A stretch of 64,000 nucleotides of DNA from Longimicrobiales bacterium (lineage in GTDB: Bacteria; Gemmatimonadota; Gemmatimonadetes; Longimicrobiales; Gaopeijiaceae): positions 1,760,001-1,824,000 of the forward strand of contig CBDDCX010000008.1 in the NCBI GenBank assembly GCA_965226375.1, read 5' to 3'. The translations under genes were made by a program, and so were the position numbers. Positions 1 to 11,331 of the stretch are shown here, piece by piece. The notes below the pieces were generated by a model. That model was not told the origin of the DNA and ran no database searches. It saw only the letters and a program-made list of their open reading frames with translations. Position 1 is the stretch's first letter; each line of letters opens with the position of its first letter.

Positions 1-327
1 GGACAGCCCGAGCGTGGTGAGCTGTGCACGATCCATTCAGCCCGGTGGGAGACTTGGGAAGATCTCGGGTTTTCGTTCCAAATAACGGCGAACCGTTACC
101 TCCACCACATGGTCCGTTACCTTGTAGGGACGATGGTGGACATCGCGCGCCAACGGCGTCCGGTGGACGACCTTGGCCGTCTGCTCACGAACTCGGACGA
201 CGACCTGGAAACGTCCCCTCCGGCGCCCCCCGAAGGCCTGTTTCTCCATCATGTGGCATATCCGACGGAACCCCGGTTCCAAGACCCCGGACGCCACCAC
301 GACGACGCCGCTACGACGACGCCCTGA
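1..327 (+). CDS. truA: tRNA pseudouridine synthase A, C-terminal part (5' end outside window)
   Basis: Frame open from base 1: ...FQITANRYLHHMVRYLVGTMV...APPEGLFLHHVAYP, the TruA C-terminal motifs. Confidence 0.9.
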   Translation, partial: GQPERGELCTIHSARWETWEDLGFSFQITANRYLHHMVRYLVGTMVDIARQRRPVDDLGRLLTNSDDDLETSPPAPPEGLFLHHVAYPTEPRFQDPGRHHDDAATTTP

Positions 328-339
328 ACCGAAGAGCAC

Positions 340-996
340 ATGAGAATTTTTCTCGACACCGCCGATACCGATGAAATCCGCCGAGCCGTCGAAGCCGGCC
401 TGATCGACGGAGTGACCACCAACCCCTCCCTCATGGCCAAGGTCGCGGGAGACCGTGAGCCGGCTGACCTCTTTCTCGAGATCTGTCAGGCTGTGGATGG
501 GCCGGTGAGTGCCGAGGTCGTGGCGCTGGACGCCGAAGGCATGGTCGAGCAGGGCCGCCGCCTGGCCAAGATCCACGACAACATCGTCATCAAGGTCCCG
601 CTCACCGAGGCGGGGCTCGTCGCGTGCCGTACCCTCCGGAGTGAAGACATCGGCGTCAACGTGACCCTCTGCTTCTCACCCACCCAGGCTCATCTGGCGG
701 CGAAGGCGGGAGCCACGTTCATCTCGCCCTTCATCGGTCGTGTCGACGACATGGCGGGCGACGGGATGGAGCTCATAGCTCAGATCCGGCAGATCTACGA
801 CAACTACGATATCGAGACGCAGATCCTGGCCGCGTCCATCCGGCATCCGCAGCACATGGTGCAATCGCTCATGCTCGGCGCGGACTGTGCAACGTTGCCA
901 CCCAAGGTCTTGTATCAATTGTTGAAGCACCCGTTGACCGACCGCGGCCTGGACGGGTTCATGGCGGACTGGAAGAAGTTGGGAAGGGACCTCTAG
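340..996 (+). CDS. fsa: Transaldolase / fructose-6-phosphate aldolase (small TalC/FSA type)
   Basis: MRIFLDTA, GVTTNPSL, VIKVP Schiff-base Lys, SPFIGR, LAASIRHP; 218 aa. Confidence 0.9.
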   Translation: MRIFLDTADTDEIRRAVEAGLIDGVTTNPSLMAKVAGDREPADLFLEICQAVDGPVSAEVVALDAEGMVEQGRRLAKIHDNIVIKVPLTEAGLVACRTLRSEDIGVNVTLCFSPTQAHLAAKAGATFISPFIGRVDDMAGDGMELIAQIRQIYDNYDIETQILAASIRHPQHMVQSLMLGADCATLPPKVLYQLLKHPLTDRGLDGFMADWKKLGRDL

Positions 997-1017
997 AGGG
1001 GTCGCGATGCCCTGCTC

Positions 1018-2502
1018 ATGGCCAACCAACAAGTGAAGTTTGTGAGGTGCCGGTCAGCCCTCGCGGGAGTAGCCGCCGCCATCTTGGCGGTGGCTCCGGC
1101 TGCCTGCGGTGCGGAAGAAGCCCCTGCCGATGCGTCGGGCGCGGCAGCGGCAGCGGCGCTGGCGACCGCTAGCTCGGTACCCGCCGCATCAACCCAGCGG
1201 GTGCCCAGTGCGGGGCGCTCCAGCCAACTCGACAGCTCTCGGAGCACGGCCATCGTCGAGGCGGCCACCGAGGTGGCTCCGGCCGTTGTGAGCGTCAATG
1301 TGCTGCGGACCGAACAGGTGCGCACCCGCTCGTTCTTCGACCCGTTCTCCATGCCCCGTACGCGCCGTAGCCGTGGCCTGGGATCGGGATTCATCATCAG
1401 TGAAGAGGGCGTGATCCTTACCAACGATCACGTGATTCAGGATGCGGAGCGCATCATGGTCACGCTCCCGGACGGGCGCGACTTCGAGGCCGAGCTGGTC
1501 GGGACGGACCAGCTTACCGACGTCGCCGTGCTGCGGATCAAGGGTGATCGGCTCCCCGTGGCCCGGCTGGGGACGTCGGAGGGCCTACTCATCGGTGAAT
1601 GGGCCCTGGCCATCGGGAACCCGTTCGGCAACCTCTTCTCCAACTCCGAGCCTACGGTCACCGCCGGTGTCGTGAGTGCCACGGGAAGGCACATCATCCC
1701 CGACGAGGACGCCCGGGTCGTCTATCTGGGGATGATCCAGACCGATGCATCCATCAACCCTGGGAATTCGGGCGGGCCGCTCGTCAATTCCGCCGGAGAG
1801 GTCATCGGCGTCAACAGCTCCATCTTCACGCGTAGTGGGGGGAGCGAAGGCCTCGGATTCGCCATCCCCATCGACCGTGCCATGCGCGTGGCCGAACAAC
1901 TCCTGGGCGAAGGGGAGTTGAAGAGGGCCTGGTTGGGTTTCGAGGTGGACGCGGGCGCCGAGGACATCTGGGGGCGAACACAGGGGATCGTCGTGGCCAG
2001 CGTGGCTCCCAACTCACCGGCGGCTGGCGCCCGGCTGGCACGGGGTGATCGCATCGTCTCGGTGGACGGGCAGCCACTCCACACGCTCCTGGACTTCGAG
2101 TCGGTGCTCCTGGACATGAGGGTGGGCGAGTCCATCGATCTGGGCATCGAGGGCCGACCGAGGGCTGTGACCGTCGTATCTACAGAGGTCCCGTCGGGCT
2201 CGGCCGACCGGGTGACCGCTCTGGAGCAGATGCAATTGGTCACGGTGACACCGGGAATCCGGGCCGAGAGGAATCTCGGGTACGACACCGGGGCCCTCAT
2301 TCTGTCCATAGAGCCGGAACTCGAAGGTCGCATCGGATTTCGAGCGGGTGACGTCATCCTCCAGATCAACCGGATCGGGGTCACCTCCGCCGAGCAGGCG
2401 GCCGATATCTTTCGGCGAGCATCGGGCAACGTGGCAGTCTACATCGAACGCAACGGCGGGGTCATCGTGAGACAACTCTCCTTCCGGGGGTCCCGTGGCT
2501 GA
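1018..2502 (+). CDS. HtrA/DegP-type trypsin-like serine protease with two PDZ domains
   Basis: GLGSGFII, LTNDHV, DVAVL, IQTDASINPGNSGGPL; C-terminal PDZ-like segments; N-terminal signal/lipobox-like AAC. Confidence 0.9.
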   Translation: MANQQVKFVRCRSALAGVAAAILAVAPAACGAEEAPADASGAAAAAALATASSVPAASTQRVPSAGRSSQLDSSRSTAIVEAATEVAPAVVSVNVLRTEQVRTRSFFDPFSMPRTRRSRGLGSGFIISEEGVILTNDHVIQDAERIMVTLPDGRDFEAELVGTDQLTDVAVLRIKGDRLPVARLGTSEGLLIGEWALAIGNPFGNLFSNSEPTVTAGVVSATGRHIIPDEDARVVYLGMIQTDASINPGNSGGPLVNSAGEVIGVNSSIFTRSGGSEGLGFAIPIDRAMRVAEQLLGEGELKRAWLGFEVDAGAEDIWGRTQGIVVASVAPNSPAAGARLARGDRIVSVDGQPLHTLLDFESVLLDMRVGESIDLGIEGRPRAVTVVSTEVPSGSADRVTALEQMQLVTVTPGIRAERNLGYDTGALILSIEPELEGRIGFRAGDVILQINRIGVTSAEQAADIFRRASGNVAVYIERNGGVIVRQLSFRGSRG

Positions 2503-3946
2503 TTCCTCGGCCGACCTCTACAACCATCCCCTCGGAGAGCGCTACGCCTCCCGCGAGATGCAGTCCATCTTTTCTTCGGCCCACCGCTTCGGGACGTGGC
2601 GGCGACTGTGGCTGGCCCTGGCCGAAGTACAGCATGAGCTGGGCCTACCCGTTCCGTCCGAGGCTCTGGACCAGATGCGCCAGACGCTCGACGACGTGGA
2701 CCTCGACAAGGCGGCCGAGTACGAACGCCGCTTCCGCCATGACGTTATGGCGCACGTGCACCTTTTCGGCGACGTGGCTCCAGCGGCAAAGGGAATCATC
2801 CACTTGGGAGCCACCAGCGCATTTATCGGTGACAACACCGACCTGATTCTGCACCGGGAGGCCCTCACGCTCATCCGGGACCGGATCGTTCGGTGCGTGG
2901 CCCGCCTCGCCGACTTCGCCGACACACACAAAGACTTGCCGACCCTGGGTTACACCCATTTCCAGCCGGCACAGCCCACCACGGTGGGAAAGCGGGCCAC
3001 CCTGTGGCTGCAGGACTTGGTCCTGGACATCGAAGAGGTCGAGTTCCGCTTGAAGACCCTACGCTTCCGTGGGGTGAAAGGCACCACCGGGACTCAGGCG
3101 TCCTTCCTGGAGCTCTTCGAGGGAGACACGACCAAGGTGGACGAGCTCGATCATGCCGTGGCCCACCGTATGGGCTTCAGCGAACGCCTCGGTGTGACGG
3201 GTCAGACCTACACGCGCAAGATCGACGCTCAGATCCTGGGCTCCCTGGCCGGGGTGGCGGCCTCCGCGTCCAAGATGGGGAACGACCTGCGGCTCCTGGC
3301 TCATCTGCGAGAGGTGGAGGAGCCCTTCGAGGAGGAGCAGATCGGCTCGTCGGCCATGCCCTACAAGCGCAATCCCATGCGTGCGGAGCGTATGTGCGCC
3401 ATGGCGCGCCACGTCATTGCTCTGGCCCAAGATCCGCAGTACACGGCTGCCACCCAGTGGCTCGAGCGCACCCTGGATGATTCCGCCAATCGTCGGCTCT
3501 CCATTCCCGACTCGTACCTGGCCTTGGACGGCATCCTGGTGCTCGTCGAGAACATCTCGTCGGGGCTGGTGGTGAACCCCGGGGTCATCAGACGGAACCT
3601 GGAGGTGCATCTTCCGTTCATGGCCTCGGAGACGATCCTCATGCACGCTACGTCGGCCGGAGGGGACCGCCAGGAGCTACACGAACGCATCCGTCGGCAT
3701 TCCATGGAGGCCGCCGGACGCATGAAGGACGAGGGCGCGGAGGCCGATCTTCTCGAGCGCATCGCAACCGACGATGCGTTCGACATGACCCTCGATGACC
3801 TTCGTGAGATCGCCGATCCGATCCGCTTTGTGGGGCGAGCGCCCGAACAGGTGGATCGCTTCTTGGCCGAGTGGGTACAGCCGGCCTTGGAACGCCTTGA
3901 AGCAGGTGCCAACGAGCGCCTGGGAGAACCAGATGTCCGCGTCTGA
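2495..3946 (+). CDS. purB: Adenylosuccinate lyase
   Basis: RYAS, RHDVMAH, IIHLGATS, THFQPAQ, GSSAMPYKRNP signature. Confidence 0.95.
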   Translation: MADSSADLYNHPLGERYASREMQSIFSSAHRFGTWRRLWLALAEVQHELGLPVPSEALDQMRQTLDDVDLDKAAEYERRFRHDVMAHVHLFGDVAPAAKGIIHLGATSAFIGDNTDLILHREALTLIRDRIVRCVARLADFADTHKDLPTLGYTHFQPAQPTTVGKRATLWLQDLVLDIEEVEFRLKTLRFRGVKGTTGTQASFLELFEGDTTKVDELDHAVAHRMGFSERLGVTGQTYTRKIDAQILGSLAGVAASASKMGNDLRLLAHLREVEEPFEEEQIGSSAMPYKRNPMRAERMCAMARHVIALAQDPQYTAATQWLERTLDDSANRRLSIPDSYLALDGILVLVENISSGLVVNPGVIRRNLEVHLPFMASETILMHATSAGGDRQELHERIRRHSMEAAGRMKDEGAEADLLERIATDDAFDMTLDDLREIADPIRFVGRAPEQVDRFLAEWVQPALERLEAGANERLGEPDVRV

Positions 3947-4871
3947 AGCGATGGCCGTAACGCAGTCTGAGGTACCGCTGCCTCTCCTCCACCAGGGAAA
4001 GGTCCGCGACGTATACGACGCCGGAGACGGCATGCTCTTGATGGTCACGAGCGATCGCGTCAGCGCGTTCGACGTGATCCTCCCACAGCCCATCCCCCGG
4101 AAGGGAGAGGTGCTCACACAGATCACGGCCTGGTGGATGGACACCCTGCGCGACCAGATCGATCACCACGTGATCAGCGTCGACCCCGACGAGATCGTGG
4201 ACCGGGTGCCCGGGCTGGCCGATTCGAGGGACGCGTGGGCCGCCCGCAGCATGCTCCTGCACCGCACGGAGCCCGTGCTCGTGGAGTGCGTCGTGCGAGG
4301 CTACATCTCGGGATCCGCATGGAAGGAGTACAGCGCCTCCGGGACGCTGGCCGGTGAGTCGCTCCCCGAAGGACTGGTGGAGAGCGGCCGACTGGAGCAG
4401 CCCGTCTTTTCTCCGGCGACCAAGGCCCAGACCGGCCACGACGAGAACATCCCTTTTGCGGGTGTCGTGGAACGGTTGGGGGAAAAGGTCGCCGATCGCC
4501 TGCGCGATCTATCCTTCCTCATCTACGGTCACGGTGTGAAATTGGCCGAGGAGAGAGGAATCATCCTAGCGGACACCAAGTTCGAGTTCGGGTACCATCC
4601 GGACGGTCGGCTGCTCCTAATCGACGAGGTACTGACACCGGATTCGTCCCGTTTCTGGCCGGCCGACCGGTACATCGCGGGGCAGGGCCAACAGTCACTG
4701 GACAAGCAACCCGTCCGCGACTTTCTGGACGAGCTAGACTGGGATAAGTTACCACCACCACCCGACTTACCGGATCATGTGGTCGATGCCACGTCAACGA
4801 GATACCTGGAGATTTTCCGGCGCCTGACCGGAACCGAGCTCAATGCTTTCGAGCCCCCTCACTTCGGCTGA
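3933..4871 (+). CDS. purC: SAICAR synthetase
   Basis: GKVRDVY, SDRVSAFD, ADTKFEFG, DEVLTPDSSRFW, SLDKQ; start set at ATG 3933 behind GGAG. Confidence 0.95.
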   Translation: MSASEAMAVTQSEVPLPLLHQGKVRDVYDAGDGMLLMVTSDRVSAFDVILPQPIPRKGEVLTQITAWWMDTLRDQIDHHVISVDPDEIVDRVPGLADSRDAWAARSMLLHRTEPVLVECVVRGYISGSAWKEYSASGTLAGESLPEGLVESGRLEQPVFSPATKAQTGHDENIPFAGVVERLGEKVADRLRDLSFLIYGHGVKLAEERGIILADTKFEFGYHPDGRLLLIDEVLTPDSSRFWPADRYIAGQGQQSLDKQPVRDFLDELDWDKLPPPPDLPDHVVDATSTRYLEIFRRLTGTELNAFEPPHFG

Positions 4872-4895
4872 GCGCCGGAGGACCAAAAGAGCCAC

Positions 4896-5630
4896 ATGAG
4901 TTTCGCGCGGGAAGGTTATCCGTTCATGTTGGCAGGGTCGCTTCTGGCGGCGCTGGCGTGGGTAGCCGTTCCCCTCTCAGATACCTGGGTGGCCGTCCCG
5001 GCTGTAATAGTCACGGTACTCGCCGCGTTCGTATGCTACTTCTTCCGCGATCCGGCACGGCCCCTACCCGCGGATGAGGGTGTCGTTCTCGCGCCCGGAG
5101 ACGGGAAGATCATCGACATCCGAGAGGTCGACGAGCCGTCCTTTGTCGAGGGTCGCTGCCGGCGTATCACGATCTTCCTCAGCGTGTTCAATGTCCATGT
5201 CCAACGGGCTCCGGTCTCGGGCCTCGTCGCTCACCGGGCCTACCGTCCTGGTGAGTACGCTGTGGCTTGGCACCCCAAGGCGAGCGAGTCCAACGAGCAG
5301 GCCTCCCTGGGGTTGAGCACCGAGTGGGGTCGTGTCCTGGTACGTCAGATCGCGGGCCTGATCGCGCGTCGGATCGTCACGTATCCGGAGCAGGGCGACC
5401 AGGTTCAACTCGGAGACCGCATCGGACTGATCAGGTTCGGCTCCCGAGTCGATCTCTTCCTGCCGCTCCACTGGCCTCTGTCGTGTGTCGTGGGTGACAA
5501 GGCCGTGGGAGGTGAGACGGTCTTCGCCCATGTGAAAGAAGCAGATCAGGCGGGAGCCACCGACGTGTCTGGTGCGCAAACCGAAGTGCCTGGTGAGCAA
5601 GGAATTGGTACGCAGGAGGCCAACGCATGA
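4896..5630 (+). CDS. psd: Phosphatidylserine decarboxylase proenzyme
   Basis: FFRDP, APGDG, IFLSVFNVHVQRAP, QIAGLIARRI, FGS self-cleavage motif. Confidence 0.92.
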   Translation: MSFAREGYPFMLAGSLLAALAWVAVPLSDTWVAVPAVIVTVLAAFVCYFFRDPARPLPADEGVVLAPGDGKIIDIREVDEPSFVEGRCRRITIFLSVFNVHVQRAPVSGLVAHRAYRPGEYAVAWHPKASESNEQASLGLSTEWGRVLVRQIAGLIARRIVTYPEQGDQVQLGDRIGLIRFGSRVDLFLPLHWPLSCVVGDKAVGGETVFAHVKEADQAGATDVSGAQTEVPGEQGIGTQEANA

Positions 5631-6517
5631 TCGACCGCCCAAGGCCCACCACCAGGCTCCAGAAGGGGATCATCATCCTCCCCTCTGCCTTCACGATGGC
5701 CAACCTGTTCTTCGGGTTCTACGCCATCGTGGCGGCCACCCGTGGCGACTTCACGTGGGCCGGGTGGTTCATCGTCTGGGCTGCGATCACAGACCTGTTG
5801 GACGGCCGCATCGCACGCTTCACCAGGACCGGATCGGCGTTCGGTGGGGAGTTGGACTCCCTGGTGGACGCCATCTCCTTCGGTGTGGCCCCGGCGTTTA
5901 TCATGTACACGCTCTACTTCTCGGACGGGAACTGGAGCTGGGTGCTGCCCTTCATGTACGTGATGGCCGTGGTCGTCCGCCTGGCCCGCTTCAACATCGA
6001 GCAGGGCGGAGAGGCCAAGGCCCACTTTCATGGGCTTCCCTCCCCCACGCCGGGCATGATCCTGGCCACGTTCTATCCATTCAGCCAGACACCGTTTTGC
6101 GAGACCTACCTTTCCGGAATGCCGTGGCCGCGCATCATGGGCATTCTGATCATCGTCCTCGGCGCCCTGATGTTGAGCAACATCCCGTACGCGCTGGTGC
6201 CGAAGATCGGCCTCAGGTCGAGGAAGGGTATCCTGACCTCGCTGTGGCTCTTCGTGAACCTGCTCGTCGCCATCGCCTTCCCGGCCTACTACTTCTTCCC
6301 CATGCTCCTCGCCTACACGATGTGGGGACTCTTGGGGTCGGTCATCCACGGACTTCTGGAGCGTCTCCCGGAGCGAGACCCGCTCCTCGACGTGCTCGAC
6401 GTGCTGGACGACGCGGGCGCCGAGGTCCGGGCACTGGACTACGGAGAGCTGGCTCCGAAGCGCTACCAGCAAAGTCCCACACACCTGCAACCCCCTGACA
6501 CGGAGAGCGAAACGTGA
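5627..6517 (+). CDS. pssA: CDP-diacylglycerol--serine O-phosphatidyltransferase
   Basis: CDP-alcohol phosphatidyltransferase motif DLLDGRIAR...GGELDSLVDAISFGVAP; RLARFN; next to psd. Confidence 0.92.
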   Translation: MIDRPRPTTRLQKGIIILPSAFTMANLFFGFYAIVAATRGDFTWAGWFIVWAAITDLLDGRIARFTRTGSAFGGELDSLVDAISFGVAPAFIMYTLYFSDGNWSWVLPFMYVMAVVVRLARFNIEQGGEAKAHFHGLPSPTPGMILATFYPFSQTPFCETYLSGMPWPRIMGILIIVLGALMLSNIPYALVPKIGLRSRKGILTSLWLFVNLLVAIAFPAYYFFPMLLAYTMWGLLGSVIHGLLERLPERDPLLDVLDVLDDAGAEVRALDYGELAPKRYQQSPTHLQPPDTESET

Positions 6518-6789
6518 CGCGTTTTCGCTTGGAGATTCGAGTGGTCCCCCGCCCTGGTCTGCTGGACCCGGAGGGCAAGGCCATCCAGCACGCACTGCAT
6601 TCACTGGACTATGAAGGCGTTCAAGACGTACGGGTCGGTAAGATCCTCTACCTTGACGTCGAGGCCTCATCAGCAGAAGAGGCGGGCGAACGTGGAGAAG
6701 CCATGTGCCAGCGGCTGCTGGCCAACCCCGTGACCGAGGACTTCGAGATCGAGGTCGCGGAGGCGCCCACCGCGGAGATCCCCGCATGA
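6514..6789 (+). CDS. purS: FGAM synthase subunit PurS
   Basis: LLDPEGKAI, VRVGK, LLANPVTEDF; 91 aa. Confidence 0.95.
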   Translation: MTRFRLEIRVVPRPGLLDPEGKAIQHALHSLDYEGVQDVRVGKILYLDVEASSAEEAGERGEAMCQRLLANPVTEDFEIEVAEAPTAEIPA

Positions 6790-7487
6790 AGGTCGTGATC
6801 ATCACCTTTCCCGGATCCAACTGCGACTACGACCTCTATAAGTGCATCCAGTTGGTCGGCGGGAGCCCCGCCTTCGTTTGGCATCGAGAGGTTGCACTGG
6901 GCGACGTGGATGCCGTCATGCTCCCGGGAGGATTCTCCTACGGGGACTACCTCCGCGCCGGGGCGATCGCCACGATGAGCCCTGTCATGGATGCCGTGAA
7001 GGCCTTTGCGGCCTCGGGCGGTCCCGTGTTGGGGATCTGCAACGGATTCCAGATGCTGTGTGAAGCCGGGCTGCTTCCTGGTGCCCTTCTCCGTAACAAC
7101 TCGCTGCTCTTCTCCAGCCGGGACGTCCTGCTCAGGGTGGAGAATGACGCCACGGTCTTTACGCAGAACTACGACGTCAGGCAGATCCTGCGGATGCCGA
7201 TCGCTCACGCGGAAGGCAACTACCACGCCGACCAGAAGACGTTGGACCAACTGGAAAACGAGGGTCGGGTGCTCTTCCGCTACGTAGACGCCTCCGGCGA
7301 CACGACCGCCGACGCGAACCCGAACGGATCGGCACGCAGCATCGCCGGCATCATCAACAACGAAGGCAACGTCATGGGCATGATGCCCCACCCCGAGCGA
7401 GCCGTGGAGGAGGTTCTCGGCTCGGTGGACGGAACAGGTGTATTCCAAGCCCTTCTGGCCCATCTGTCACCGGTGGGCGCAGCGTGA
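6786..7487 (+). CDS. purQ: FGAM synthase glutaminase subunit PurQ
   Basis: [39 protein letters not shown] 6786 overlaps the purS stop. Confidence 0.95.
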   Translation: MKVVIITFPGSNCDYDLYKCIQLVGGSPAFVWHREVALGDVDAVMLPGGFSYGDYLRAGAIATMSPVMDAVKAFAASGGPVLGICNGFQMLCEAGLLPGALLRNNSLLFSSRDVLLRVENDATVFTQNYDVRQILRMPIAHAEGNYHADQKTLDQLENEGRVLFRYVDASGDTTADANPNGSARSIAGIINNEGNVMGMMPHPERAVEEVLGSVDGTGVFQALLAHLSPVGAA

Positions 7488-9835
7488 GCCCGAACAACCC
7501 ACAACCCATTACCGAACGGACCCAGAGTCGAATCTTGAGCGATAGACCGGAGCATCACGGCACCACGCCGGGGGCGACCCCCGCACCCCGAGAAGGCGAT
7601 CCACCCATTACGCCCGAGCTCGTCGACGATCATGGGTTGTCACCCTCGGAGTACGATCGGGTCCTGGAGATCATGGGACGAGAGCCGACGTACACAGAAC
7701 TCGGCGTGTTCAGCGCCATGTGGTCGGAGCACTGCGGATACAAGAACTCCAAACGGCTCCTACGCCTCCTGCCCACAGACGCACCGTGGGTGATCCAAGG
7801 CCCGGGAGAGAACGCCGGCGTCATCGACCTAGGTGACGGCCTGGCTCTGGCTTTCAAGATCGAGTCCCACAACCACCCGTCGGCCGTCGAGCCGTACCAG
7901 GGCGCCGCGACCGGCGTGGGAGGCATTCTGCGGGACGTCTTCACCATGGGGGCCAGACCCATCGCGATCCTGGACTCCTTGCGCTTCGGTAATCTCGACA
8001 GCGGCCGGGTCCGCTACCTGTTCTCGGGCGTGGTGAAGGGGGTGGGGGACTACGGCAACTGTGTCGGAATCCCGAACATCGGCGGAGAGACCTTCTTCGA
8101 CGAAGGCTACGAGGGTAATCCCATCGTGAACGCGATGTGCCTCGGGCTCATGAAAGCGGAAGATCTCATCAAGGGCGAAGCCGAGGGCGTGGGCAACCCG
8201 CTCATGACCGTCGGGGCCAGGACGGGCCGCGACGGGATCCATGGTGCGACCTTCGCTTCGGAGGAGCTCAACGAGGACTCCGAGGCCAGCCGCCCACGGG
8301 TTCAGGTAGGGGACCCCTTTACCGAGAAACTGCTCCTGGAAGCCAGCTTGGAGCTGATCAAGAGCGGACACATCACCGGTATCCAGGACATGGGGGCCGC
8401 AGGCATCACCTCCAGCGCCTCGGAGATGGCCGGTCGCTCTGGGAACGGTGTGGAGATCGACATGGACCGCGTGCCCGTGCGCGAACCGGGTATGACGCCC
8501 TACGAGATCCTGCTCTCCGAGTCGCAAGAGCGCATGCTCGTGGTCGCCAAGATCGGACATGAGGATGGGGTGAAGGAGATTCTCAACAAGTGGGAACTGG
8601 AGGCCGAAACGATCGGGGTGGTCACCGACGACGCGCTCTTCCGGGTGATGGAAGGCGGCCGCGCCGTGGCCGAGATCCCCGCACTTCCCCTCACCGAAGG
8701 GTGCCCCACGTACGAGCGGGAGGGAATCGAGTCGGAAGAGGTGAAGGAGCTTCGGTGTATGGACCTGTCACACTTCCAGGAAGCGGACTCGGACCAGACG
8801 GAGTCGTTCCTGAAGCTCATAGGGTCACCCAATATCGCTTCGAAGCGTTGGGTGTACCGCCAGTACGACACGACCGTCAGGACGGGCACGGCCATCCGCC
8901 CCGGCGCGGACGCCGGTGTGGTCCGCCTCCGGGGCACCACGAAGGCCGTGGCAGCCACCACAGACTGTAATGGGCGCTACGTCTACCTGAACCCCCGCAT
9001 GGGCGCCATGGCGGCCGTTGCCGAGGCGGCGCGAAATCTCGTGTGTGTCGGCGCGTTGCCCACGGCCATCACCAACAACCTGAACTTCGGGAACCCTCTG
9101 AAGCCGCACATCTACCACCAGTTCCGCGAAGCGGTTCTGGGCATGGCCGAGGCCTGCAAGCTCTTCGAGACTCCGGTCACGGGCGGCAACGTCTCGTTCT
9201 ACAACGAGACGGACGGCGTGTCCATCTATCCGACCCCGGTCATCGGCATGGTCGGGATCGTCGAAGATGTCGCCCACCTCACCCACGCCTCGTTCCAGGA
9301 GGAGGGTGACGCCATCATTCTTCTCGGGGACAACACGGACGAGGTGGGCGCGTCGGAGTACCTCTACGTCATCGAGGACCTGGTGGCCGGCGAGCCTCCT
9401 TCGGTCGACCTCTTGGCGGAACGACGCCTCCAACACGCCGTGCTAGCCATGATCCAGAAGGGTCTGCTCCGCTCGGCCCACGACGTCTCCGAGGGTGGTC
9501 TGGCCTGCGCGCTGGCCGAGAGCGCGCTCGGGCGGGGTGGCTCGCCGATGGGTGTACACGTGACACTTCACGACGCCCTCTCCCCCCTGCCTCTGCTCTT
9601 CGGGGAGGCGCAGGGACGAGTCGTGGTGTCGTGCGACGCACACTCGGTGGACGACGCCCTACGCATCGCCAAGAAGCACGGGGTCCCCTGCCGCCAGATC
9701 GGCCAAGTGGTCGCGGCGGACGAGGGCTTTCGAATAGAAGGGCGCAGCGTGACGCTGGAGGTCGACGTGGAGACCATGTCCGACCTATTCTTCGGTGCGA
9801 TTCCTCGTTTGATGGATGGAGCTAGCCAGACGTGA
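7484..9835 (+). CDS. purL: FGAM synthase subunit PurL
   Basis: [44 protein letters not shown]. Confidence 0.96.
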   Translation: MSPNNPQPITERTQSRILSDRPEHHGTTPGATPAPREGDPPITPELVDDHGLSPSEYDRVLEIMGREPTYTELGVFSAMWSEHCGYKNSKRLLRLLPTDAPWVIQGPGENAGVIDLGDGLALAFKIESHNHPSAVEPYQGAATGVGGILRDVFTMGARPIAILDSLRFGNLDSGRVRYLFSGVVKGVGDYGNCVGIPNIGGETFFDEGYEGNPIVNAMCLGLMKAEDLIKGEAEGVGNPLMTVGARTGRDGIHGATFASEELNEDSEASRPRVQVGDPFTEKLLLEASLELIKSGHITGIQDMGAAGITSSASEMAGRSGNGVEIDMDRVPVREPGMTPYEILLSESQERMLVVAKIGHEDGVKEILNKWELEAETIGVVTDDALFRVMEGGRAVAEIPALPLTEGCPTYEREGIESEEVKELRCMDLSHFQEADSDQTESFLKLIGSPNIASKRWVYRQYDTTVRTGTAIRPGADAGVVRLRGTTKAVAATTDCNGRYVYLNPRMGAMAAVAEAARNLVCVGALPTAITNNLNFGNPLKPHIYHQFREAVLGMAEACKLFETPVTGGNVSFYNETDGVSIYPTPVIGMVGIVEDVAHLTHASFQEEGDAIILLGDNTDEVGASEYLYVIEDLVAGEPPSVDLLAERRLQHAVLAMIQKGLLRSAHDVSEGGLACALAESALGRGGSPMGVHVTLHDALSPLPLLFGEAQGRVVVSCDAHSVDDALRIAKKHGVPCRQIGQVVAADEGFRIEGRSVTLEVDVETMSDLFFGAIPRLMDGASQT

Positions 9836-11295
9836 CCGCAAAGCCACTGCCCGTCGTCGGTCGGCCACAGGACATCCTTACGACAGACCTCGATGCACGA
9901 CCCCGTGAGGAGTGCGGGGTGGTGGGCATCAGCGGGGTGGATGATGCCGCGGAACTCGCATTCCTGGCGCTCTACGCTCTCCAGCACCGCGGGCAGGAGT
10001 CCGCGGGCATCTACGCCATCTCCAACGGCGAGGCCCGAGTCTACAAAGAGGTTGGGCTAGTGGGGGACGTGTTCAATGCCGAAGCGCTCATCAAGCTGCC
10101 CGGTAGTACCGCCCTCGGACACGTCCGCTACTCCACCGCCGGGGGCAGTAATGCGCTGAACGCTCAGCCCATCGTGGTCCGGTACGCCGAGGGCGACCTC
10201 GGAGTCGCCCACAACGGCAACCTGACCAACGCTCACGACCTGAAGAAACGTCTGGTCAGCGAGGGCGCCATCTTCCAGACTACGTCGGACTCCGAAGTCA
10301 TCGTCCACCTCATCGCACGCTCACGACACGACACGATCGATGCCCAGGTGGACGACGCGCTCAGCCACCTCGAGGGCGCCTTCTCGCTGGCGATCACCGT
10401 GGGCGAGACCCTCTACGCAATCCGGGACCCCAGGGGCTACCGCCCGTTGGTGCTGGGCAAACTGGACGGCGGGCACGTGGTCACCAGCGAAACATGCGCA
10501 CTGGACATCCTCGGGGCCGAGTACGTGAGAGACATCGAACCGGGAGAGGTACTCAAGATCGAGGGCGGGTCGGTCCAGAGTCTGCGCAGCCTTTCGCCGG
10601 CCCAGGAACAGGCTCCCTGCATCTTCGAGCTCGTCTATTTCGCGCGCCCGGACTCGCGTCTTTGGACCATATCGGTGGATGGCGCACGACGTGGCTTCGG
10701 GCGCCGCCTCGCCGCGGAGCACCCCGTCGAGGCCGATGCGGTCATCGCCGTACCCGACAGTGCGAATTCGGCGGCTCTGGGCTACAGCGAAGCCAGTGGC
10801 ATCCCCTATGAGCTGGGCCTTCTCCGGAACCACTACGTGGGCCGTACCTTCATCAAGCCGTCGCAGGCGGACCGCGACTTCGGTGCTCGCATGAAGTACA
10901 ACCCCGTCCGTGAGGTTCTCGAGGGCAAACGAGTGATCGTGGTGGACGACTCCCTGGTAAGGGGCACGACGAGCAAGAGCCTGGTCAAGTTCATCCGCCA
11001 GGCCGGAGCCAAGGAGGTGCACCTCCGCATCGCCAGCCCCCCCGTGCGCTTCCCGTGCTTCTACGGAATCGACATGCCCAGCAGCGAGGAGTTGATCGGC
11101 TCACAGATGGAGCCGCCCGAGATCGCCAAGACCCTCGGGGTAGACTCTCTGGGCTATCTGTCTCTGGACGGCATGCTCTCGGTCGTGTCCGACCACGGAT
11201 CGTTTTGCAACGCCTGTTTTTCCGGCGAATACGCCGCACCGCTGGTCGACGTGGACAGGGGGTATGTTCCGGGGAACCACCCGATCAACTGCTAG
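9832..11295 (+). CDS. purF: Amidophosphoribosyltransferase
   Basis: REECG (propeptide/Cys1), [28 protein letters not shown] loop, C-terminal Fe-S cysteines. Confidence 0.96.
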   Translation: MTAKPLPVVGRPQDILTTDLDARPREECGVVGISGVDDAAELAFLALYALQHRGQESAGIYAISNGEARVYKEVGLVGDVFNAEALIKLPGSTALGHVRYSTAGGSNALNAQPIVVRYAEGDLGVAHNGNLTNAHDLKKRLVSEGAIFQTTSDSEVIVHLIARSRHDTIDAQVDDALSHLEGAFSLAITVGETLYAIRDPRGYRPLVLGKLDGGHVVTSETCALDILGAEYVRDIEPGEVLKIEGGSVQSLRSLSPAQEQAPCIFELVYFARPDSRLWTISVDGARRGFGRRLAAEHPVEADAVIAVPDSANSAALGYSEASGIPYELGLLRNHYVGRTFIKPSQADRDFGARMKYNPVREVLEGKRVIVVDDSLVRGTTSKSLVKFIRQAGAKEVHLRIASPPVRFPCFYGIDMPSSEELIGSQMEPPEIAKTLGVDSLGYLSLDGMLSVVSDHGSFCNACFSGEYAAPLVDVDRGYVPGNHPINC

Positions 11296-11331
11296 TGACC
11301 TCTCAACGATGATCACTACACCACCAGCGTC